Shown: positions 1 to 8,976 of the stretch, piece by piece
How the letters are laid out: every line of letters begins with the position of its first letter
Position numbering within the stretch: the stretch's first letter is position 1
NCBI GenBank assembly: GCA_022566215.1
Contig: JADFJJ010000005.1
Span: 1-61,764 of the forward strand
Reading direction: 5' to 3'
DNA: 61,764 nucleotides
Origin: Pseudomonadota bacterium
Lineage (GTDB): Bacteria > Pseudomonadota > Alphaproteobacteria > Sphingomonadales > SMXR01
Position numbers and translations under genes: made by a program
The notes under the pieces: model-generated
Database searches by the model: none
The model's input: the letters and a program-made list of their open reading frames with translations, nothing else
What the model was told of the DNA's origin: nothing

Positions 1-25
1 CAAAAAACAGAAACCATCCAAAAAA

Positions 26-1300
26 ATGGACAGGTTCCTGATACCCGGCGGCCGGCCCTTAAAGGGCCGGGTGCGCATCTCGGGCGCCAAGAACGCGGCG
101 TTGCCCCTGATGTGCGCGGCGCTTTTGACTGATCAGCGGTTAGAGCTGACCAATGTGCCGGACCTGGCCGATATTTTCACCATGTCCCAGCTTTTGGTCT
201 GCCTGGGAATAAATATCGACAAAACCCATGTTAGCGACAGCCATACCCTGACCCTTAAAGCGGCTGATGTCGGGGAGGTGATCGCGCCCTATGACATAGT
301 GCGCAAAATGCGCGCCTCGATCCTGGTGCTCGGGCCCTTGCTGGCGCGCTGCGGGATTGGCAAAATCTCGCTCCCCGGGGGCTGCGCGATCGGCACCCGG
401 CCGGTCGATTTGCACCTTTCCGGTTTCGAGAAAATGGGCGCAAACATCGCTCTGGAGGAAGGCTATGTCGAGGCCCGGGCGCCGCAAGGCGGACTGAGGG
501 GGGCCCGGATCACTTTCCCGCTGGTCTCGGTCGGGGCCACCGAAAACCTGATGATGGCGGCGACCCTGGCAAAAGGAACAACCGTTCTTGAGAACGCCGC
601 GCGCGAGCCGGAGATAGAGGACCTGGCCAGATGTCTCACCGCCATGGGAGCGAACATCAGGGGCGCGGGAACAAAGACCATTACCATTGAAGGGGTGAAA
701 AGCCTCAAGGGAACCAGCCACCCGGTCTTGCCCGACCGGATCGAGACCGCCTCCTACGCCATCGCGGCGTTGATTACCGGCGGCCGGCTGTTGCTGGAAA
801 ACGCCCGGGCTGATCTGCTCGGCGCGGTCCTGCCGGCGTTTCGGAAAACCGGCGGCGTGATTGAAGAAAAAGACGGCGGCCTGCTGGTCGGGAATGGCCA
901 GGGAAAGCCTAAACCTCTTAAAATCACTACCCAGCCGTTCCCCGGGTTCGCCACCGACATGCAAGCGCAATTTATGGCGCTGCTGGCGCTGGCCGATGGC
1001 GCTTCCGGGATTACCGAGACGATATTCGAAAACCGCTTCATGCACGTCCCCGAGCTGAACCGCATGGGGGCCAAAATTTCCATCTCAGGGGCGCACGCCA
1101 GGATTACCGGTGTCGATCACCTGGTCGGCGCGCAAGTGATGGCCACTGACTTAAGAGCCAGCATGTGCCTGGTGCTGGCCGGGCTTGCGGCCAGGGGGGA
1201 GACTGTGCTGAATAGGGTGTATCATCTCGACCGCGGGTACGAGCATATTGAAGACAAATTAAGCGCGGTCGGCGCTGCCATCGAGCGCCTCAAAGACTAG
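26..1300 (+). CDS. murA: UDP-N-acetylglucosamine 1-carboxyvinyltransferase
   Basis: 424-aa ORF; enolpyruvyl transferase over its full length, including the active-site Cys loop [15 protein letters not shown]. Confidence 0.95.
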   Translation: MDRFLIPGGRPLKGRVRISGAKNAALPLMCAALLTDQRLELTNVPDLADIFTMSQLLVCLGINIDKTHVSDSHTLTLKAADVGEVIAPYDIVRKMRASILVLGPLLARCGIGKISLPGGCAIGTRPVDLHLSGFEKMGANIALEEGYVEARAPQGGLRGARITFPLVSVGATENLMMAATLAKGTTVLENAAREPEIEDLARCLTAMGANIRGAGTKTITIEGVKSLKGTSHPVLPDRIETASYAIAALITGGRLLLENARADLLGAVLPAFRKTGGVIEEKDGGLLVGNGQGKPKPLKITTQPFPGFATDMQAQFMALLALADGASGITETIFENRFMHVPELNRMGAKISISGAHARITGVDHLVGAQVMATDLRASMCLVLAGLAARGETVLNRVYHLDRGYEHIEDKLSAVGAAIERLKD

Positions 1301-1319
1301 GGTCTGGACTCAATTACCG

Positions 1320-1772
1320 ATGAAGGCGGGCATCAAAATAAAAGCGGCAACCCTGGCGGATCTGAAGGTCGTCTCCTCCCTTCTGCAGGACGCCGCGTTC
1401 AAGGTCGGTGACATGGCGTACCTGCCATCGCGCCACCGCTTTGCTTTCGTCGCCAACCGCTTCCGCTGGGAAAAAGAGGTGCTTTTTGACAAAAAGAAAA
1501 AGGATAAAAAACTTTACCAGCGGATCCGTTCCGGCCTGCGCTTTGAAGGGGTGCTTGAGGCCAACTTCATGAACCTTCCCATGAGCGATAAAGCCCATGT
1601 GCTGTCGCTGCTTTCGATTGAGGGAAAAAAGAACAAGGGCGGTTTTGCCCTGACCCTGATTTTTTCCGGCAACATCGCGATCCGGCTGAAAACTGAAATC
1701 CTGGAAGTTTATCTGGATGACATCACCGGTCCGTGGGCGACCAAAAACAAGCCTGAACACCCTGTGGCCTAA
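1320..1772 (+). CDS. conserved hypothetical protein (resembles alphaproteobacterial DUF2948 family)
   Basis: 150-aa ORF with ATG start, directly after murA as in many alphaproteobacteria; family assignment from memory only. Confidence 0.6.
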   Translation: MKAGIKIKAATLADLKVVSSLLQDAAFKVGDMAYLPSRHRFAFVANRFRWEKEVLFDKKKKDKKLYQRIRSGLRFEGVLEANFMNLPMSDKAHVLSLLSIEGKKNKGGFALTLIFSGNIAIRLKTEILEVYLDDITGPWATKNKPEHPVA

Positions 1773-1891
1773 ATTCATCCCGGCAATATTTTCCGCCCCG
1801 GCATTTGATCAAAAGCGACAATAAAGCTTGAATTCCGGCCTTGTTTCGCTCATGTATGTGGCCATCAAAAGCCACTGAATCAGGAGGATAA

Positions 1892-2110
1892 ATGGCGAAA
1901 GAAGAAATTCTCGAGATGCGCGGGACCATTACCGAGCTTCTGCCCAATGCGATGTTCCGGGTGAAGCTGGAAAACGGTCACGAAATCCTCGGCCACACCG
2001 CCGGCAAGATGCGCAAGAACCGCATCCGGGTGCTGGCCGGAGATGAAGTTCTGGTTGAGCTGACCCCCTACGACCTGACCAAGGGGCGCATCACCTACCG
2101 CTTTAAATAA
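1892..2110 (+). CDS. infA: translation initiation factor IF-1
   Basis: 72 aa; MAKEE...[20 protein letters not shown]...[13 protein letters not shown] is a typical IF-1; AGGAGG RBS upstream. Confidence 0.96.
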   Translation: MAKEEILEMRGTITELLPNAMFRVKLENGHEILGHTAGKMRKNRIRVLAGDEVLVELTPYDLTKGRITYRFK

Positions 2111-2134
2111 CTTATCTTTCAGGACATCCTGAAT

Positions 2135-2728
2135 TTGCCCGCCCCCTCACATAAGGACCTGATCCTTGCTTCAGCCTCACCGAGGCGCCGTGAACTTTTA
2201 AACCAGGCGGGAATTATCCCTTCAGCGATCGCCCCGGTTGAGGTGGATGAGACCCCGCTTGCCAGTGAAAAGCCAGGGGATTATACCCGGCGTCTGGCCG
2301 CGCAAAAAGCAACCCTGGTTGCCAAAAAGAACCGTGGCGCTCTGGTTCTGGCCGCCGATACCGCGGTGGCGGTGGGGGTGCGGATTCTGGGCAAGCCCGG
2401 GGACCGGGCCGAGGCTGAAAAATTCCTGAAACTTTTGTCCGGGCGGCGCCACCGGGTGATTACTTCGATCGCCCTGGCAGTTCCGAAACGAAAACTGGTG
2501 CTAAAGACGGTCACCACCTCGGTTTCCTTTAAACGCCTTACGGCGGGTGAGATAAACTGGTATCTTGAGTGTGGCGAATGGCAGGGCAAGGCGGGCGGCT
2601 ATGCCATCCAGGGCAAGGCCGGAGCCTTTGTCAAACGGATCAACGGCTCTTACACCAACGTGGTCGGCCTGCCCCTTTATGAAACCCTGGCCATATTGAG
2701 GGCGCATGGCTACCCGGTGACCGATTAG
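2135..2728 (+). CDS. maf: Maf-like nucleoside triphosphate pyrophosphatase / septum formation protein
   Basis: 197 aa; N-terminal LILASASPRRRELL and C-terminal GAYAIQG-type motif (GGYAIQGKAG); TTG start. Confidence 0.9.
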   Translation: MPAPSHKDLILASASPRRRELLNQAGIIPSAIAPVEVDETPLASEKPGDYTRRLAAQKATLVAKKNRGALVLAADTAVAVGVRILGKPGDRAEAEKFLKLLSGRRHRVITSIALAVPKRKLVLKTVTTSVSFKRLTAGEINWYLECGEWQGKAGGYAIQGKAGAFVKRINGSYTNVVGLPLYETLAILRAHGYPVTD

Positions 2729-2734
2729 GAGAAA

Positions 2735-3913
2735 ATGACCCTGAACACCCTGATAGAGGTAGGCGAGACCACCATCCGCTGTGCCCTTGTGGAGGACGGC
2801 GAGGCGGTTGAGCTGCACATTATTGATGTAGGCGACGACCGGGCGGGCGCCATATACCTGGCAAGGGTGAAGAAGGTCGAGGCCAAATTGAACGCCGCCT
2901 TCCTCGACCTGGGCGGCGGTGAGGCGTTCCTGCCCTTCCGCCATGCCCGGGCGCTCAAAGACCAGGGACAGAAAAATATCTCAAGGCTGGTTGCCGAGGG
3001 CCAAACCCTGCTGGTCAAGCTGATCGCCCCGGAAGCCCAGGAAGACGGCAAGTTGCCGCTGGCGACCGCCAATCCGATGATCGCCGGGCGTTATGCCTTG
3101 AGCGGCCATTTGCCGGGAAAAGCGCTGCTGTCGCAAAAAATTGCCGGCCCGGAAAAACGCGCGGCGCTCACCGCCTTGCTGGACCAGGTTGGTGATGGCA
3201 ATTCGCTGGTGATCCGCACCAATGCCGAGGCGGTCCCGCCAGCGCGGGTGGCGGACGAGGTCAAAACTCTGCAAGCCCTGTGGAAAGCGCTTGAAGCTGG
3301 GGATGGCAAGGTGGGGATGGTGCTGTCCGCCCTGGACGGGGTTGAACGGGCCTTGCGCGATTATGCCCCCCACGAGGTTGAGGAAGTCCTGATCAACCAC
3401 CAAGTGACATACCTTAAGGCGGCCAAGCTGGCGGATGAGAAATGGCCGGATCTGAAGGGAAAAATCAGGCATTATCAGGAACCTGCGCCGCTGTTCGAGG
3501 CCTTCGGGGTGGGGATGCGGATCGATGCCGCGCTGTCCGGGGTCATCCTGCTGCCCTCCGGCGGCAATCTCAAAATCGAGGAAACCTCGGCCATGACCGT
3601 GATCGATGTCAACTCCGGCGCCGGGCGAACCGGAACATCTCCTGAAGGCGTGTATTTGGCCACCAACCTGGAGGCGGCGAAAGCGGTCGCCCGGGAGCTC
3701 CGGTTCCAGAATATCTCCGGCCTGATCGTAGTGGATTTTATCGACATGCGATCGAAAGCGGATCAGGAAAAGGTTGTGGCCGCGCTCGACCAGGGCCTGG
3801 CCCGTGATCCGCTGCCGGTCGAGCGCACCGGCCTGAACCGCTTCGGGTTGCTGTCCTTAAGGCGCAAGCGGCGCGGCAGCCCTTTGAAAGCTATTTTAAG
3901 GAAAAAACCATGA
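2735..3913 (+). CDS. rng: ribonuclease E/G family protein (short RNase G-like)
   Basis: 392 aa; S1-like N-terminus (IYLARVKKVEAKLNAAFLDLG) and catalytic TAMTVIDVNSG segment; in the infA-maf-rng-yacG arrangement typical of alphaproteobacteria. Confidence 0.8.
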   Translation: MTLNTLIEVGETTIRCALVEDGEAVELHIIDVGDDRAGAIYLARVKKVEAKLNAAFLDLGGGEAFLPFRHARALKDQGQKNISRLVAEGQTLLVKLIAPEAQEDGKLPLATANPMIAGRYALSGHLPGKALLSQKIAGPEKRAALTALLDQVGDGNSLVIRTNAEAVPPARVADEVKTLQALWKALEAGDGKVGMVLSALDGVERALRDYAPHEVEEVLINHQVTYLKAAKLADEKWPDLKGKIRHYQEPAPLFEAFGVGMRIDAALSGVILLPSGGNLKIEETSAMTVIDVNSGAGRTGTSPEGVYLATNLEAAKAVARELRFQNISGLIVVDFIDMRSKADQEKVVAALDQGLARDPLPVERTGLNRFGLLSLRRKRRGSPLKAILRKKP

Positions 3914-4089
3914 CCCGGCCCTCCAAAACCTGCCCGATCTGCAAAAAGCCCGCGGACAAAGAATACACGCCCTTCTGCTCCAACAGGTGCGCCGAGGTGG
4001 ACCTCGGCCACTGGCTCGGCGGGCGCTATAGAATCCCCACCTCCGAAAGGCCTGCGCCACTTGCGGCAAATGATGAGGACGAAGACTAA
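3910..4089 (+). CDS. yacG: DNA gyrase inhibitor YacG (zinc-ribbon protein)
   Basis: Not in the ORF track (59 codons). My translation: MTRPSKTCPICKKPADKEYTPFCSNRCAEVDLGHWLGGRYRIPTSERPAPLAANDEDED. CPIC...FCSxRC zinc ribbon plus acidic tail. Its ATG overlaps the rng stop (ATGA). Confidence 0.8.
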   Translation: MTRPSKTCPICKKPADKEYTPFCSNRCAEVDLGHWLGGRYRIPTSERPAPLAANDEDED

Positions 4090-4164
4090 AAATGTATTTT
4101 CCTCACGACTTCGGTGTGGACAGGGCCTCGTAATTTTTCTATAACGCGCAAGCTTTCGAGATAT

Positions 4165-4240
<76 letters not shown>

Positions 4241-4402
4241 CCCTGCTTCGCCAAGGCTTCGCAGGGCTTACGCCCAAGGAGCCTTGAATTGCGAACAGGA
4301 GTGCCCTCCATAGCTTTAGCGGCGGAGGGCTTTGGCAGACCACCCGGGACCGAAACTTGGGCGAAGGAGTGCCCTCCATAGCTTTAGCGACGGAGGGCTT
4401 TT
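4241..4402 (+). repeat. tRNA-trailing structured repeat element; includes two direct copies of GGAGTGCCCTCCATAGCTTTAGCG(G/A)CGGAGGGCTT at 4298 and 4366
   Basis: The two copies are 68 bp apart and differ at one position. Each holds a 7-bp hairpin GCCCTCC/GGAGGGC. Related modules follow tRNA-Ala and tRNA-Leu in this window. Confidence 0.85.
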
Positions 4403-4473
4403 CCCCCCAAGTAAAAATATTTCACTAATCATCAAATTTCGCTATGCTCGCCATTGAAAGCCAAGGGGGCGGG

Positions 4474-6618
4474 ATGAAACATTACCGGGCATGTAATTTG
4501 TGCGAGGCGATTTGCGGCCTGGAGATCGAGCACGATGGCGGCTCGGTGCTGTCGATCAGGGGCGACAAAGACGACCCGTTCAGCCAGGGGCATATCTGTC
4601 CCAAGGCGGTGGCGCTGAAAGACGTTTATGAAGACCCGGACCGGCTGAAATCCCCGGTCAGGAAAACACCCAAGGGCTGGGAAAAAATTTCCTGGCGCCA
4701 GGCCTTCGATCAGATCAACCAAAAGCTCGCCCCGATCCGCCGCCAGCATGGGCGAAATTCCGTCGCGGTTTATCTCGGCAATCCGGTGGTTCATAACTAT
4801 GGCTCCTTGATATTCTCGCGCCCGTTTATCAGGGCGCTGGGAACCCGCAACGTTTTTACCGCAACCTCGGTTGACCAGCTGCCCCATCAATTCGCGGCAA
4901 GTTTCATGCTCGGGCATTCGCTGCTGCTGCCCATCCCGGACATCGACCGCTGCCAGCATATTCTTATCATGGGCGCCAACCCGCTGGCCTCGAACGGCAG
5001 CATGATGACCGCCCCGGGCTTCGAGCGCCGCCTGCGCGCTTTGCGAGAAAGGGGCGGCAAGGTGATCCTGGTCGACCCGCGCAAGACCGAAACCGCCAGA
5101 GTTGCCGACGAACACCATTTTATCGCCCCGGGGTCTGATGTGTTCCTGCTGTTGGCCCTCCTGAACGTTATCTTTGAAAAGCGGCTGGAGCGCCCCGGAC
5201 GGCTGGAAAAATTCACTCGAAATTTGGGCGCTCTTAAAGCGGCGGTGCAGGGTGTGACGCCGGCGGTCGCTGAGGCAAAAACCGGCATCCCTGCGGCAAT
5301 CATCGAGCGCATGGCGTGTGAATTTGCCGCCAGCGGAGCGGCGGTTTGCTATGGCCGCATGGGGCTGTCAACGCAAGCCCACGGCGGCCTGTGCCAATGG
5401 CTGATCAACGCCCTCAACATCATCACCGGGAATTTTGACCGCTCCGGCGGCGCGATGTTCCCGCTTCCCGCGGTCGACCTGACCGGCGGCAAAAGCACCC
5501 TCGGCAAAGCGGGCCGCTGGAAAAGCCGGATCCGCGGCCTGGCCGAATTTGACGGCGCCTTGCCGGCGGCGGTGATGGCCGAGGAAATGCTGGCCAAGGG
5601 GAAAGGCCGGATCAGGGCCTTGTTTACCAATTCCGGCAATCCGGTGCTGTCCACCCCGAACGGCAAGCAGCTGGAAAAAGCCTTGGGTAAACTTGATTTG
5701 ATGGTCTCGATCGATATCTACATTAATGAAACCACCCGCCATGCCGATTTTATTCTGCCCCCGACAACCGGGCTGGAGACCGATCACTATGACCTGGTTT
5801 TCAACGGTCTGGCGGTCCGCAATACGGCAAAATACAGCCCCGTTCTTTTCAAACCCGGGCCCGGGCGCTTGGCCGATTGGCAGATACTGAAAGAGCTGAC
5901 CAAACGGCTTACGCCTAAAAAAAGCGCCTTTGCTTCCTTAAAATACAAACTCAAGACCCCGGCCCGAATTCTTAAACTGGGCCTATTGCTGGGACCTTAC
6001 GGGGTCTGGAAATCGCCTGCAAAATTCTTTACCGGGCTCACCTTAAGGCGGCTGAAGCGGCGCGTACACGGCATCGATCTCGGCCCCTTGCAGCCCCGCT
6101 TGCCCGGGGCGCTGTTGACCCCGGATAAAAAACTGGATGTTGCGCCGCCGGTGTTTTTGGCCAGACTCGGGGAAATTATGACCGGCCCCGGGGACAAGGT
6201 GAGCGCCGATATTAATGAATTCGCCCTGATTGGGCGGCGTCACGTGCGCAGTAATAATTCCTGGATGCACAATACCCAGAGACTGATGAAGGGAAAAGGC
6301 CGCTGCACGGTTATGGTCAACCCGGCGGATGCAAAAAACCTCCGCGTGTCCGATGGGCAGAGCGTTGAGGTCTCCTCCAGGGTCGGCAAGATTGTGCTGC
6401 CAGCGGAGCTGACAGATGATATCATGCCCGGCGTGGTCAGCATCCCGCACGGCTATGGCCATACGGGCAAGGGTTTGGAGCTTAGGGTGGCAAAAGCGCA
6501 CGCCGGGCAAAGCATCAACGACCTCACCGATGACCAGATCGTTGACAAGCTGACCGGGAACGCCGCCTTTTCCGCGCAAATCGTGAAAATCAGGCCGGCT
6601 CCAAAGGCACGCAAATAA
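4474..6618 (+). CDS. molybdopterin (bis-MGD) oxidoreductase family protein with N-terminal 4Fe-4S motif
   Basis: ORF open from 4444. Preferred start is ATG 4474 (MKHYRACNLCEAICGLE..., GGGGG RBS just upstream). Cys cluster CxxCxxxC, then molybdopterin oxidoreductase and C-terminal MopB-binding-like regions. Confidence 0.85.
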   Translation: MKHYRACNLCEAICGLEIEHDGGSVLSIRGDKDDPFSQGHICPKAVALKDVYEDPDRLKSPVRKTPKGWEKISWRQAFDQINQKLAPIRRQHGRNSVAVYLGNPVVHNYGSLIFSRPFIRALGTRNVFTATSVDQLPHQFAASFMLGHSLLLPIPDIDRCQHILIMGANPLASNGSMMTAPGFERRLRALRERGGKVILVDPRKTETARVADEHHFIAPGSDVFLLLALLNVIFEKRLERPGRLEKFTRNLGALKAAVQGVTPAVAEAKTGIPAAIIERMACEFAASGAAVCYGRMGLSTQAHGGLCQWLINALNIITGNFDRSGGAMFPLPAVDLTGGKSTLGKAGRWKSRIRGLAEFDGALPAAVMAEEMLAKGKGRIRALFTNSGNPVLSTPNGKQLEKALGKLDLMVSIDIYINETTRHADFILPPTTGLETDHYDLVFNGLAVRNTAKYSPVLFKPGPGRLADWQILKELTKRLTPKKSAFASLKYKLKTPARILKLGLLLGPYGVWKSPAKFFTGLTLRRLKRRVHGIDLGPLQPRLPGALLTPDKKLDVAPPVFLARLGEIMTGPGDKVSADINEFALIGRRHVRSNNSWMHNTQRLMKGKGRCTVMVNPADAKNLRVSDGQSVEVSSRVGKIVLPAELTDDIMPGVVSIPHGYGHTGKGLELRVAKAHAGQSINDLTDDQIVDKLTGNAAFSAQIVKIRPAPKARK

Positions 6619-6876
6619 CAGGGGGGGTTCAACATCACACTGAAACGGCAAATAAACGCAACCACCACCGCCACGCTAAAGCCGCTTGGGGCCGGGGACG
6701 CCCTCAAAGGGCCGCTGTTCGCCATCAACTGGTTCAACACCAAAAGGGCCTGGCTTTATACCCTTTACAATATTCTGGTTGCCGGTCCGGCCTTCCGGGC
6801 CGGGGCAAAAGTCTTTCTGAAAGCCGAGCTTATCAAGACCCTGCAGGGCGAGCCAAAAGACCGCCGCGATCTGCTG

Positions 6877-7353
6877 TTGATTGTCAATTATGCCTCAGGG
6901 ATTAATTTTCTGGATTTGCTGGAGAACAAATATTTTCAGATCATCAGCGGATTGCGGATTGCGGCGGTGAAGGATTATTCATTTGTCTTTCACCGGCGCC
7001 TCGACGGCCCCGAGCGGCTTGAGCACAAACGCCAGAAATTTGACCGGGAAAAAGTTTATGCGATCCATCACTTCCGCTCACCGGGACCGCTTAGGGCTGA
7101 GTTTGAGAAAATCAAAGCGCTTGCTTCAGGTAAAAAAATCTCATTGCATTTCGCCAGCGAAAGCGCCGCCACCCTGGCAATTGAAACCAGGGGCGGCCAG
7201 CGCAACAAAATGCCGTTTGTCACCCATAAGATATTCCTGTTTGAGGGCGACAGCGGCGAACAGCTGGAAGAATTCCTGGCCGGAAAGAAATATCAGGCGT
7301 TTGCCCGTCCCTTGGGGTTCTCATATATGGGGCTGTTAAAGCGGGTGATGTAA
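6877..7353 (+). CDS. hypothetical protein (frame is open upstream to 6619; true start unclear)
   Basis: The first canonical start in the frame is TTG 6877. Protein-like sequence (PLFAINWFNTKRAWLYTLYNILVAG...) continues upstream to the TAA of the preceding gene, in the same frame. Confidence 0.5.
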   Translation: MIVNYASGINFLDLLENKYFQIISGLRIAAVKDYSFVFHRRLDGPERLEHKRQKFDREKVYAIHHFRSPGPLRAEFEKIKALASGKKISLHFASESAATLAIETRGGQRNKMPFVTHKIFLFEGDSGEQLEEFLAGKKYQAFARPLGFSYMGLLKRVM

Positions 7354-7495
7354 GGCCTGGGCCGGTCCCGCCGCCTGAGCACCATTTTTTTTCAAAGACC
7401 TGAAACAACTTAAAATACGGCCAGGAACACTTGATACCATGACGGTGACCTCCCATGTCAGGTGTCCAGGGCAAAAGGGGCAAATTGAGATTTAT

Positions 7496-7756
7496 ATGAA
7501 ATATAAAAAGGTAATTTTGTATACCGCCGTTGGCGCTACTGTTGCCTCATGGATTGTGGCGGGCGCCGGTTTTGCATTTGGCGTGGAAAAAATAATTTTA
7601 ATCATCATGGTCGCTGTGGCCGCTATTGCCTCGGAAATCCTGTTTTGGGCGGTTGCAGTAATCTTTGGCATCAGTGTTTTTGAGAGCCGAAAAAAAATCT
7701 GGAGTTGGTTAAAATCCAAACTTCGCCCGAGAAAAAACAATAGAAAAAACATTTGA
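7496..7756 (+). CDS. small integral membrane protein (resembles transporter-suffix-domain proteins)
   Basis: Internal ATG of ORF 7439..7756 gives MKYKKVILYTAVGATVASWIV...; 2-3 hydrophobic helices and a basic C-terminal tail; AT-richer than its surroundings. Confidence 0.55.
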   Translation: MKYKKVILYTAVGATVASWIVAGAGFAFGVEKIILIIMVAVAAIASEILFWAVAVIFGISVFESRKKIWSWLKSKLRPRKNNRKNI

Positions 7757-7792
7757 CCCCGATATCAGCAATACCCTGACACCGCCCAAACA

Positions 7793-7843
7793 CGGACTGA
7801 AAATCCTTAAGTTCGGTGGTTCAATTCCGCCCATGGGCGCCAC
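7793..7843 (+). repeat. degenerate copy of the 3' half of tRNA-Phe (att-like remnant)
   Basis: CGGACTGAAAATCC..TCGGTGGTTCAATTCCGCCC.TGGGC.CCA matches 4193-4240. The T-arm is identical; changes lie in the variable region and two acceptor positions. No 5' half is present. Confidence 0.85.
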
Positions 7844-7889
7844 TTTTTCTTTAGGTTAGTTCGACCGCGACGTCTTTTCCCTCACAGGG

Positions 7890-8222
7890 TTAATGATCGT
7901 GAGACCCCCCTTCGTCCTTTGATGCCTCCATCTGCATCATGCAGCTTTCCATTTTTTTCATCATGTGCTCCATCATCGACTGCATCATATCCCCGGAGGC
8001 CTGGTCATCGTTTTCTCCGGACGGCTGGGAATGCATACCCATGCCTTCTTGCCCCTCCTTCATCTGCTTCATGCACTGGTGCATGCTTTGCATCATATTT
8101 TGCATCATTTCCTGCTGGGCGCCCTCCGGCATGGCGGCGGAATGATCCTGTTCCTGCGCGGCTGCGCTGCCGCCAAAGCCAATTGCCAATGCCGTGGCAG
8201 CGGCCAAAATTCTGTTTCTCAT
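7890..8222 (-). CDS. secreted Met/His-rich protein (probable periplasmic Cu(I)-binding protein)
   Basis: Start moved to the internal ATG 8222, preceded by AGGAGAAAAAGG. Signal-like N-terminus MRNRILAAATALAIGFGGSAAAQ. The mature part has MMQNMMQSMHQCM / MMQSMMEHMMKKM repeats and ends in HDH. Confidence 0.65.
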   Translation of the reverse strand: MRNRILAAATALAIGFGGSAAAQEQDHSAAMPEGAQQEMMQNMMQSMHQCMKQMKEGQEGMGMHSQPSGENDDQASGDMMQSMMEHMMKKMESCMMQMEASKDEGGSHDH

Positions 8223-8297
8223 CCTTTTTCTCCTGTTGTTTATCTTTTTCTTTGTGAGTTTAATTTCATGCAAATCACCCAAAAAAATTCGTTTAAA

Positions 8298-8768
8298 TTA
8301 ATGGGATACGTAAACGGTTGTTTCTCCGGTGTAAGTGAAAAGCACTGAATCATATTTCGCGGCCGCCCGGCCCGGCACTTCCATGCCCGGGGTGCCAACC
8401 AGCATGCCGGGAACCGCAAGGCCCCGGACATTCGGTTTTTCATCCAAAAGCTTGAAAATATCCGCTGCCGGAACATGGCCGACAATATAATAGCTCCCTA
8501 ATTTTGCGGTGTGACAGGATGCTACGTGTTGCGGGATGCCAAATCGTTCGTTAAAGGGAGCAAGATCGTACATGTTGACAACAGTGACTTCAAATCCAGC
8601 TTTCCGGACATGTTCGGCCCATTTTTCACAGCAGCCGCAATATGTTTGCTTGTACATGGTAATGACCTCATCCGCATGGGTGACGGCGCTGGCGGTCAGC
8701 ACAAAAGCGGCGGCGCATAAGGTGACAAAACAGTTTCTATATTTTGCAATTATATTCTTGGTGCTCAT
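8298..8768 (-). CDS. DUF411 (CopG-like) metal-binding periplasmic protein
   Basis: 156 aa with a signal peptide; YCGCCEKWAEH and SCHTAKLGSYYIVGHVPA motifs typical of DUF411 copper-resistance-associated proteins. Confidence 0.85.
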   Translation of the reverse strand: MSTKNIIAKYRNCFVTLCAAAFVLTASAVTHADEVITMYKQTYCGCCEKWAEHVRKAGFEVTVVNMYDLAPFNERFGIPQHVASCHTAKLGSYYIVGHVPAADIFKLLDEKPNVRGLAVPGMLVGTPGMEVPGRAAAKYDSVLFTYTGETTVYVSH

Positions 8769-8976
8769 AACACTTTTCCTTCTTCACACTTTGAACCTCT
8801 CGATGATTCAATTCTTCTCACCTGCCATCAAGGGTAACGCCACGATTGTAGGTTGAGATAAGGCCGGTGTCCTTGATTTTAGTCAAAAACCAGATAATAG
8901 AGAAAAAATAGTATCCCGGCAAAAAATCACCCTGAAAGGCTTTAAATTCCGGCTTGGCCTGGGTTTCGCTTTTTTC

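Noticed and set aside
1292-1308. The 17-nt string AAAGACTAGGGTCTGGA spans the stop codon of murA and recurs identically at 32349-32365 across the stop codon of the HPr gene.
   Set aside because: A single 17-mer match in about 62 kb has a chance expectation of roughly 0.1, so it is not compelling. Both proteins simply end in KD-stop. No extended similarity or secondary structure surrounds the match.
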